A stretch of DNA of 37,775 bases, taken from the IMG/VR virus record IMGVR_UViG_3300044256_000031. One strand, 5' to 3'. The translations under genes and the position numbers were made by a program. Shown piece by piece: positions 6,701 to 13,245 of the stretch. Position 1 is the first letter of the stretch. Each line of letters opens with the position of its first letter. The notes under the pieces were generated by a model. The model had not been told where the DNA came from and searched no databases. It saw nothing but the letters and a program-made list of their open reading frames with translations. Source of the DNA: a virus.

Positions 6701-7573
6701 GGATTCATTGACTTCGCCATAGATCACGCCAAGCCGCTTGGCTTTATATTCCAGGCATGTGCGAAGTTGGCCCCATCCGGCATCAAGCACAGATTTGGCC
6801 ATCCGAGTTTTGACCAACTTGGTACTGGAGACATTCCCGACAGCGATCAGCTTAGCGCGGTGCACAATGGCTGTCGTGGTCTTGTGCGTCCAGTCCTTGC
6901 GGCAATTGGCAATCTTGGCGTGGATAGCCTTGACGCGCTTCGTCTTGTTAGCTCTCTGTGCCATAGCCAGCGCGTCTTCATGCGTCCGCGTCAGGTTGTC
7001 TCTGGAGTAGGGCTCATCCATATCAGAGCACCAGAGCTGGTTGGTAAGCCCCAGGTCGATACCGATTTCTGTGTCCCCAACAGGTACGTTGGCGTCTTCA
7101 ACCTCGCACTGGAAGTTGACGTACCATCTGCCTCTCGCATCTTGCGTGAAGCTGCCAGTCTTCACTCTTCCAGTAATCGCACGCGAGAGCCAAAAGCGGA
7201 AACGGCGCTTCAAATATTTGATGGAGTCGTCGTCAATCTTCAGAAAGCGTGCCTTGAACGGTATCCATCCAAGCGACCGCTTCCGGCTACGCCACTTCAA
7301 GCGTCGTTTCCTGGCAGCCACACGCTTCGCAACGTACTCCCGGCATATCTCGCTGATCGTGTCAGAATGCAAACCAAGTTCAGCGCCAGCGCCAGCACAC
7401 AGGTTAATCAGTTCAAATGTAGACAGCCAGTGCTTGTCTCGACGCAGCGCCAGCATGGATACCTCGTTACAGAAGTTCCAGACGGTATTGACGGCCCAGC
7501 CAAGGCGCACAAGGTGCTTACTGCTTGTAGAGTCTTTGATCCTGTATTTGAAGGTCAGCATACTACTTGGCAT
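6521..7573 (-). CDS. tnpB: TnpB (IS605 OrfB-type RNA-guided nuclease family), non-canonical RuvC-II position
   Basis: 350 aa with RuvC-I GIDLG, the conserved block SVLDAGWGQL, zinc ribbon CSACG...CAGCG, and RuvC-III HKRDRNAAHNI. Confidence 0.9.
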   Translation of the reverse strand: MPSSMLTFKYRIKDSTSSKHLVRLGWAVNTVWNFCNEVSMLALRRDKHWLSTFELINLCAGAGAELGLHSDTISEICREYVAKRVAARKRRLKWRSRKRSLGWIPFKARFLKIDDDSIKYLKRRFRFWLSRAITGRVKTGSFTQDARGRWYVNFQCEVEDANVPVGDTEIGIDLGLTNQLWCSDMDEPYSRDNLTRTHEDALAMAQRANKTKRVKAIHAKIANCRKDWTHKTTTAIVHRAKLIAVGNVSSTKLVKTRMAKSVLDAGWGQLRTCLEYKAKRLGVIYGEVNESYSSVTCSACGARTGPSGLSALGVRVWTCAGCGAVHKRDRNAAHNILRCGRATLLGIPRL

Positions 7574-7973
7574 GGTGGCTCTCTTGCGCTTCGATGTACT
7601 TCTTTATCGTATCAGCAGAGACATGCCCAGCCGTGCCAACGTAATAGCTTGGAGCCCACAGCCTATCAGAGCGCGTGCGTTTGCGGAGCTGGGGATACAT
7701 CAAGCGGAGTTGGCGAGCAGAAATACCTTTGAAGAGCTTGACGGATTGCGCGATAGACATCGTAGGCGGCATAGAGACGAAGAGGTGTACGTGATCCGGT
7801 TGGACATCGACAGCCAAAACATCCATGTGGTTCTGGTGGGCAATCGTATGCAACAGATTCTCCAACGTCGTCTTGACTGGCTCTTGAAGCACATCACGAC
7901 GATACACCGGACGCCACACTATATGATATGCTGTCAGGTATACGCAACCTCTTGTATGTATAGGTTCATTCAT
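7563..7973 (-). CDS. tnpA: IS200-type Y1 (HUH) transposase TnpA
   Basis: 136 aa with YHIVWRPVYRR, the HUH motif HVHLFVSMPP, and the catalytic-Tyr region PSYYVGTAG. Confidence 0.9.
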   Translation of the reverse strand: MNEPIHTRGCVYLTAYHIVWRPVYRRDVLQEPVKTTLENLLHTIAHQNHMDVLAVDVQPDHVHLFVSMPPTMSIAQSVKLFKGISARQLRLMYPQLRKRTRSDRLWAPSYYVGTAGHVSADTIKKYIEAQESHHAK

Positions 7974-8101
7974 ATGTTAATGGTAGCACAAAACTGTTGC
8001 GTTTGCAACGCAACGTTGCTTTCCTCCCCGCACTGAAGTACGGGGTCTCCAGCAACGATTTCTTAGGAAGAGATCACCCGATTGGAGGGCCTGCTGATGC
8101 C

Positions 8102-8800
8102 CTAGCGCACCGTCACCTCGACGCGTCGATTCTTCGGCTCTGGCCGCTCTGGCGCATCAATCACCGGCTGACGCTCGCCACGGCCCGTCACGCGCACAAA
8201 CGTCGCGGTCAGCCCCCCCTGCACCAGCAGCGCACGCACCGCTTCTGCCCTGGCCAGCGACAGCGCATCATTCGCCGCGTCCGTCCCTACCTGGTCGCAG
8301 TGCCCTTCGATGACCACCTCCACCGGCCCACGCCGGTGGACCTCTGCCAGCAGGTGCCCCAGGGTGACACGCCCCTCGGCACTGAGGCCGGCCTTGCCCG
8401 TGGCGAACCGGAACGTATACGTGGCTGCCCCCTCTGGCGCCGTCGCAATGACCGCCCCATAGCGCTCCTGAATCGTCGCGGGCGGCAGCGTCCCGAGCAG
8501 GAGCTTCCCGCCCTTCCAGATGTTCGCCGTGCTGTCGGGCGCCGTGAGGGTGGTAGTACCCGTGGCCGTGGTCACGGTCAGTGCTTCCCCGGGCTCAGCG
8601 CCCAGCAGCACGATACGCTCGCGGGGTCCCGCACAGGCGCTGAGGAGCAGCAGCAGGAGGAGCAGCGTGGGGCTCAGAGAAGGAAGATACACGCGAGCGC
8701 GATAACGATGAGCATGCAGATCATCATGATCAGGATGCCAGACCAGTCGTCGAACCACGCCGTCCACCGCGCTAGCTGTCGCGCCATCCACCTGCCCCAC
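8102..8800 (-). CDS. OmpA/MotB-domain lipoprotein (peptidoglycan-binding)
   Basis: Lipobox LLLLSAC. The C-terminus reads VVIEGHCDQVGTDAANDALSLARAEAV...NRRVEVTV. The start is uncertain: GTG 8800, GTG 8791 or GTG about 8691. Confidence 0.8.
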   Translation of the reverse strand: MGQVDGATASAVDGVVRRLVWHPDHDDLHAHRYRARVYLPSLSPTLLLLLLLLSACAGPRERIVLLGAEPGEALTVTTATGTTTLTAPDSTANIWKGGKLLLGTLPPATIQERYGAVIATAPEGAATYTFRFATGKAGLSAEGRVTLGHLLAEVHRRGPVEVVIEGHCDQVGTDAANDALSLARAEAVRALLVQGGLTATFVRVTGRGERQPVIDAPERPEPKNRRVEVTVR

Positions 8801-8810
8801 TCCTCTTCAG

Positions 8811-9194
8811 TCACTTTTGTGTCACCTTCTCCACCGGCAAAGCCATCCACCTATAGATACTTGGCCACGCACCAACGTGATACCTGAGGAGCACATCCCC
8901 TGTCTGACTGCAGAGCGTCGCGCGCACGACAATCCCATGTGGCCCGTCAATTTCCCAGGTCCCCTGCTCCTGGATACACGCCAGGTTGCGCTGCCATAAG
9001 CGCTCCTGTTCCTGCACCAGCTGGAGTTCGGAGCGTGCCACGCCCAGCCTGAGCGCCTTATACTCCTCCCAGACGCGAGGGACGGCGGCAAACAGACTCG
9101 TCCCGAGGGCAGGATAGACGAGCGCCCATTGCCACCACTTCGTTGCGGAAGATGGCGCTGGACCTGGTGTGGTTGTCGCAGCTTCGTCAGCCAC
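8811..9194 (-). CDS. Membrane-anchored protein (N-terminal TM plus a coiled-coil-like segment)
   Basis: 127-aa ORF with a GTG start and TM segment WWQWALVYPALGTSLFAAV. Confidence 0.65.
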   Translation of the reverse strand: MADEAATTTPGPAPSSATKWWQWALVYPALGTSLFAAVPRVWEEYKALRLGVARSELQLVQEQERLWQRNLACIQEQGTWEIDGPHGIVVRATLCSQTGDVLLRYHVGAWPSIYRWMALPVEKVTQK

Positions 9195-9507
9195 GCCTCA
9201 GCGCCCCAGCGGGATGGCCCGCAGCAGCTCGATCACCACGAGCACCAGGGCTGCAATCCCCAGGAGCAAGAAGACCGTCACCACGGATGCTCTCCTCTGG
9301 CGCGGGACCGTCCGCAGACGCGTCCACCGGTTCGGGCGTTGCGAGCACTTCTTCCAGCACCTGCACCGCCCCAGCGATCCGCAGCAGCATCTCGCTGAGC
9401 ACGGTGCGCCGCGTCTCCAGCTGCGTGAGCGCGTCGTTCCCGGTGGCGAGTTCCTGGCGCAGCGTGGCCAGGCGGGCCTCGACGGCGGGGCGCAGGGCGG
9501 CGCTCAG
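9187..9507 (-). CDS. Coiled-coil-like hypothetical protein with a possible CTG start; the C-terminal part is doubtful
   Basis: The frame is open from 9585 with no ATG/GTG/TTG before 9402. CTG 9507 overlaps the upstream TGA (CTGA) and has GGGAGG 6 nt upstream. Translation ALRPAVEARLATLRQELATGNDALTQLETRRTVLSEMLLRIAG looks genuine. Confidence 0.35.
   Translation of the reverse strand: MSAALRPAVEARLATLRQELATGNDALTQLETRRTVLSEMLLRIAGAVQVLEEVLATPEPVDASADGPAPEESIRGDGLLAPGDCSPGARGDRAAAGHPAGALRRG
9198..9284 (-). CDS. 28-aa hydrophobic peptide (single TM)
   Basis: GTG start preceded by GAGGAG about 8 nt upstream. Translation is VVTVFLLLGIAALVLVVIELLRAIPLGR. Confidence 0.4.
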   Translation of the reverse strand: MVTVFLLLGIAALVLVVIELLRAIPLGR

Positions 9508-9863
9508 GCTTCGCCTCCCGTCGCCACCTGCGCGATCGAGTTCCAGTAAAAGGTGATAGCACTGCTCAGCGCCAGATCCGGCGCACTACTATCGACCAGC
9601 ATGGGGTCTTCGCTCGGCACCACCGTGCCCAAGATGACCCGCCCCGGCGCATTCGAGCGACAAATCGCCAGGGCAATCGTCGGTGCCGTCTGTGCCGGGT
9701 ACGTCAGAAACGTATGCGCCAGGTTGACCCGTGCCTCGTGCTCGGGCGTGGCCTGGTCTTCATCGACGACGCGCGCCGCCTCGTCCCAGGCCAGGTACTG
9801 CACGCGGGTGAGGAATGCGTCACTGGCGACCAGTTGCATCTGTTCGGTGGACGGTTCGGCCAT
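9504..9863 (-). CDS. Hypothetical protein (119 aa)
   Basis: Clean ORF with an ATG start and coding-like composition. No recognisable motif. Confidence 0.7.
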   Translation of the reverse strand: MAEPSTEQMQLVASDAFLTRVQYLAWDEAARVVDEDQATPEHEARVNLAHTFLTYPAQTAPTIALAICRSNAPGRVILGTVVPSEDPMLVDSSAPDLALSSAITFYWNSIAQVATGGEA

Positions 9864-9885
9864 ACTATCAATCTCGTTTCTAGTA

Positions 9886-10327
9886 CTCCACCTAGACCAC
9901 TTCCGAGTGGTTAGGTGGGGGTGAAGGAAACGTTGCCCCCCACGAGGGGCAATTCCCTATGCAGCGGAGCTGCACAAATCAGTTGCATAGGTCACAATAT
10001 ACAAGGTACGATTAGCACAGACCTTGTGTCTCCGTCCGTTGAGCTTCAATGCTGACGTGACGGCTTGCTCTTTGCACTTCGCATAGGGCGTTGTCCGGGG
10101 AAGTCCCGGACGTAAAATGTGAAACGTTGAGAGATACATTGCCATGCTGCTCCCTGGGCTCTGAGGCCGATGCGAAGGTGTCGCCCAACCCGGAGCGCTG
10201 GTTTGACAGCACCTGTCAGGAACTGGCAGCGGCCGTAATGATGTATCCAGAGAACCAATACCGTGTTGTCCGGTGGTTCTCCGGTGAGCCGGAATCTCCA
10301 TCGAGATCGCGTAGCGATTAGGTGGAG
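9886..10327 (+). ncRNA. Structured noncoding element, copy C (divergent relative of A/B, about 442 nt)
   Basis: A 468-bp gap with no credible ORF. The 5' roughly 110 nt share the A/B module (hairpin, UUGCCCC/GGGGCAA stem, CAAUUCCCU, UGCAGC/GCUGCA stem, UUGCAUAGGUCACAAUAUA). CTCCACCTA (9886-9894) is complementary to TAGGTGGAG (10319-10327). Confidence 0.5.
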
Positions 10328-10331
10328 AGGT

Positions 10332-11513
10332 TCACGTGCCTCCTTCCAGCGCCGCCAGACGTGTTTCAAGCTCGCTCATACGCGAGACCAATTGCTTCAG
10401 GGCTTCCACGGTGAGTCCTTCAAAGCCCTGGATTTCCAGTTGTAAATAGGTGTCTGGCCCGGTGGACACCCAGCCGGGGATGACCGGCTGCACCTCCTGG
10501 GCAATGAGGCCAAAGTATGAGCCGGTGCGTCCGCCGCGTTTGACTGGATCGCGCCAGCGGTAGGTGATGCCGTGGAGGGCCGTCAGGATGCCGAGCGCAT
10601 CCGGGATCTCCTGGATGGCGGTTTTGAGGCGCGCGTCGCTGCTATCCGCGAAAGGGCCGCCCCCGGGCTTGAACGCCTGCGTTTGCACAGAGAGGTTCCC
10701 GTAGCCAATCGTGACCTGATTGATGCCCGAGAGGTCGGGGGCCGTGCCACACCCGATGGGGCCATTGAGGCGGGACGCGCCGTTGGTATAGAAGCGGTCC
10801 GTCGCGAGGTCAAAGCCCGCCGGCACGGCGAGCATGACCCCGACCGGCCCGTTAAAGAGACTCGCACCGACGCCAGTCGTGAGGGCATAGCCCGCCACCG
10901 GAGCCGTGCCCAGGCCCACCGGGTACTGGAAGTGCGAGGCCCCGGCGGCGTAGAGCTGGTTCACGGTGAGCTGATACCCCGGCTCCGCCGTCCAGCCCAC
11001 CTGCGCCGTCGTCAAGGCCGCCGTCCCCCCCGTAATCGCCACCGCGTTCGCGTGCTGCGTCGCCATGGTGCCCAGGCCGCTCAGCGCCCGCCACGCCTCA
11101 GCGCGGGTCACGCCGGGGGCCGGGGTGACGGCGGTGATGATGCCGCCGGCGACCGTGCACGACGCGAACACGAGCAGGCCGTCCACGTCGGGCGGACGTG
11201 TCCCAGACAAACGCCAGACGTAGCTGCTGCCAGCTCTACGGGTCCAGCCAGCATAGGCGGTGGAAACATCGCGAGTCATACCCAACCAGTATGTTCCATC
11301 TGACCCAGAGAGAGGCACCGTAATAGAGGGTTGCTCTACATAGACCAGGGCGTGACCGTCCCTCACATATCCAAGAGTACCGAACGCCGCGAGCGTCATC
11401 GAGGACACGGGGACCGTGGGCCATGTCGTGCTCACGATACAGGCCGGCAGCAAATCTTCACAGGTCGCTTGCAGCTCATAGGCAAAATCTGCCACAGCGT
11501 GTGTATTTGGCAT
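10332..11513 (-). CDS. Tail fibre/spike protein with a C-terminal S74-type intramolecular chaperone domain
   Basis: The C-terminus reads SDARLKTAIQEIPDALGILTALHGITYRWRD...GLIAQEVQPVIPGWV...LTVEALKQL. RBS GGGGAGGA is present. Confidence 0.85.
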   Translation of the reverse strand: MPNTHAVADFAYELQATCEDLLPACIVSTTWPTVPVSSMTLAAFGTLGYVRDGHALVYVEQPSITVPLSGSDGTYWLGMTRDVSTAYAGWTRRAGSSYVWRLSGTRPPDVDGLLVFASCTVAGGIITAVTPAPGVTRAEAWRALSGLGTMATQHANAVAITGGTAALTTAQVGWTAEPGYQLTVNQLYAAGASHFQYPVGLGTAPVAGYALTTGVGASLFNGPVGVMLAVPAGFDLATDRFYTNGASRLNGPIGCGTAPDLSGINQVTIGYGNLSVQTQAFKPGGGPFADSSDARLKTAIQEIPDALGILTALHGITYRWRDPVKRGGRTGSYFGLIAQEVQPVIPGWVSTGPDTYLQLEIQGFEGLTVEALKQLVSRMSELETRLAALEGGT

Positions 11514-11525
11514 AGGGTTCCTCCC

Positions 11526-12590
11526 CTAGAGGGGCATCAGTGTGGACCAGTAGAGCGTCACCTGCAGTTGCCCGGTGGCATCGAACGTGCCGCCCTGCGC
11601 ACTCACCAGCACGGTATAGCCCGGCGGTGCGATGGGCTGCGTGTCACTGTGGAAATCGAGTTGATTGGTGGTCGTGTCGGGCGTCAGCGAGCCACTCACG
11701 CCCCAGCGATCACTCACGACCCCATCGCCCAGGATCAGGCCCGTGAGGCCCCGGGAGATGCCGAACTCCGTCACCACCGTCGTGGTCAGCCCGAGCAGCC
11801 GCGCATCGGCGGGCGCCAGGCCGCTCGCCGTGAGCACGCTGGCGCCATCACTCGCCGTCAGGGTGGCTTCGGTGGACCCGAACTCGACCATCGCCGGGTT
11901 CGTGCCAGGGGGTTCCGTCGTCCCCAGGAATTGCCAGTAGAGGCGCGCCGTGAGTTGGCCACTCCCGTCAAAGAGCCCGCCCGCCGCGCTCACCCGCAGT
12001 TCGTAGGGCACCGCCGTGCACACCTCCGTGTCGCTGTGAAAGTGTTGCTCACGCTGCACCGTGCCGACGGTGAGGGTGGGTTGGTCGCCCCAGCGGTCGA
12101 GCACCACCTGGTCCCCGAGGAGGAGCCCCGTCAGGCCGTGCGACGTGCCAAAGTCCTCGGTGATCTCCGTCGTCAGGCCGAGCAGGCGGTAGCCCGCCGG
12201 CGCCAGACCCGTGGCCGTGAGCACGGCCGCGCCGTCAATGGCGTCAATGGTGGCCTGCGCGGAGCCGACCTGCACCAGGCCGGGCGAGGGCGTAACGCCG
12301 CTTTGGTACGAAAAGCTATGAACTTCCCATATTAATACATCATCACTATCGTATAATCTGAGGTCATACACGCCGTCGAGATACACGAGTGCCGAGCCTT
12401 GATCCGAGAGCACCACGGGATTGCTATTGGGCGTAACCATGAATGGATCTATATAGGTTGATTTAGGAGTAGATGTGCTAGGAATAAATGAATATAATTT
12501 TGCCCCGATGGCCGCCTCAGAATCTACGAAGGCCTGGAAGACTGGCCATGGGACGATAACAATCGTTGTTGGCTCAATAACAGGGGCCAT
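11526..12590 (-). CDS. Tail fibre protein with two copies of a repeat domain of about 115 aa
   Basis: ATG 12590 (the track start 12608 is TTG). There is an internal duplication of ...GLAPAxxRLLGLTT...GLTGLxLGDxVVxDRWG.... The N-terminal part is low in GC. Confidence 0.8.
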   Translation of the reverse strand: MAPVIEPTTIVIVPWPVFQAFVDSEAAIGAKLYSFIPSTSTPKSTYIDPFMVTPNSNPVVLSDQGSALVYLDGVYDLRLYDSDDVLIWEVHSFSYQSGVTPSPGLVQVGSAQATIDAIDGAAVLTATGLAPAGYRLLGLTTEITEDFGTSHGLTGLLLGDQVVLDRWGDQPTLTVGTVQREQHFHSDTEVCTAVPYELRVSAAGGLFDGSGQLTARLYWQFLGTTEPPGTNPAMVEFGSTEATLTASDGASVLTASGLAPADARLLGLTTTVVTEFGISRGLTGLILGDGVVSDRWGVSGSLTPDTTTNQLDFHSDTQPIAPPGYTVLVSAQGGTFDATGQLQVTLYWSTLMPL

Positions 12591-12640
12591 ACGACACTTT
12601 CTGCTCAAGGTTTACGTATAAGGAACCGATAGGGTATACT

Positions 12641-12793
12641 ATGGACATGCAAACTGAGATCAAGACCATCACCTGCCAACGTTGTGGCCATACCTGGATC
12701 CCCCGCAAGGCGGAGATTCGGCAGTGTGCCAAATGTAAATCGGCGTACTTTGAGACGCCCAGACAGAAAGCCACGCATGTTGACCCTCGTTGA
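12641..12793 (+). CDS. Small zinc-ribbon protein (CxxC...CxxC)
   Basis: Translation is MDMQTEIKTITCQRCGHTWIPRKAEIRQCAKCKSAYFETPRQKATHVDPR. A TATACT box ends at 12640, so a leaderless start at ATG 12647 is possible. Confidence 0.55.
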   Translation: MDMQTEIKTITCQRCGHTWIPRKAEIRQCAKCKSAYFETPRQKATHVDPR

Positions 12794-12962
12794 CCGCATT
12801 ATGCTCGGCATCTATCTGGCCCGGGCTCTTTGCCTGCTCCTCGTCGCCGCACAGGCCATTGTTACCATGCGCGACATGAGCGTGTCGCTCCGCCAGACAC
12901 AGGTGCAGCATGCGCAGATGCTCAAAGACCATCAGGCGCAGATGCAGCGCCTGGCACGCTAG
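12777..12962 (+). CDS. Small membrane protein (N-terminal TM plus a polar helix)
   Basis: Internal ATG of track ORF 12684..12962. Translation begins MLTLVDRIMLGIYLARALCLLLVAAQAIV... Confidence 0.55.
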   Translation: MLTLVDRIMLGIYLARALCLLLVAAQAIVTMRDMSVSLRQTQVQHAQMLKDHQAQMQRLAR

Positions 12963-12970
12963 GAGCCCTG

Positions 12971-13234
12971 ATGGCACTGTTACAAGCCGAAACCTACACG
13001 GCATTCCTCGCTGCTGGCGCCCCAGAGCCCGAAGCCCGTCACGCCGCCATCGCTGCCGCCGATATCGACGTGCGGCATACCGTGATGGCCGAACGCCTCA
13101 ACGGCATTGACAGCAAGCTCACTCTCGTGATCGGCATTATGCTCGTCGGCTTTGGTGCCACCTTTGCGGCCTTGTGGCAAATCTTGCTGCGCTTGCCGCG
13201 CTCACCCACACCGCCCCTGGCTGCCGGGGGCTGA
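12971..13234 (+). CDS. Small membrane protein (C-terminal TM; XhlA/DUF1640-like architecture)
   Basis: ATG preceded by TAGGAG. Contains ...AERLNGIDSKLTLVIGIMLVGFGATFAALWQILL. Confidence 0.6.
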   Translation: MALLQAETYTAFLAAGAPEPEARHAAIAAADIDVRHTVMAERLNGIDSKLTLVIGIMLVGFGATFAALWQILLRLPRSPTPPLAAGG

Positions 13235-13245
13235 AGGAGTTGTCG

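Larger units (their letters stand above)
6500..8070 (-). mobile_element. IS200/IS605-family insertion sequence (tnpA + tnpB); boundaries approximate
   Basis: A Y1 HUH transposase gene and a TnpB gene overlap by 11 nt. Subterminal hairpins lie in the same orientation at both ends: 6511-6538 and 6545-6562 at the right end, 7996-8019 and 8015-8056 at the left end. GC content is lower than in the flanks. Confidence 0.85.

Noticed and set aside
9504-9863. A tail-assembly-chaperone style -1 frameshift to explain the startless frame downstream of this gene
   Set aside because: The morphogenesis module is podovirus-like (P22 type), with no tape-measure gene next to it. A CTG start with a perfect SD is a simpler explanation, so this is kept only as an open coding puzzle.
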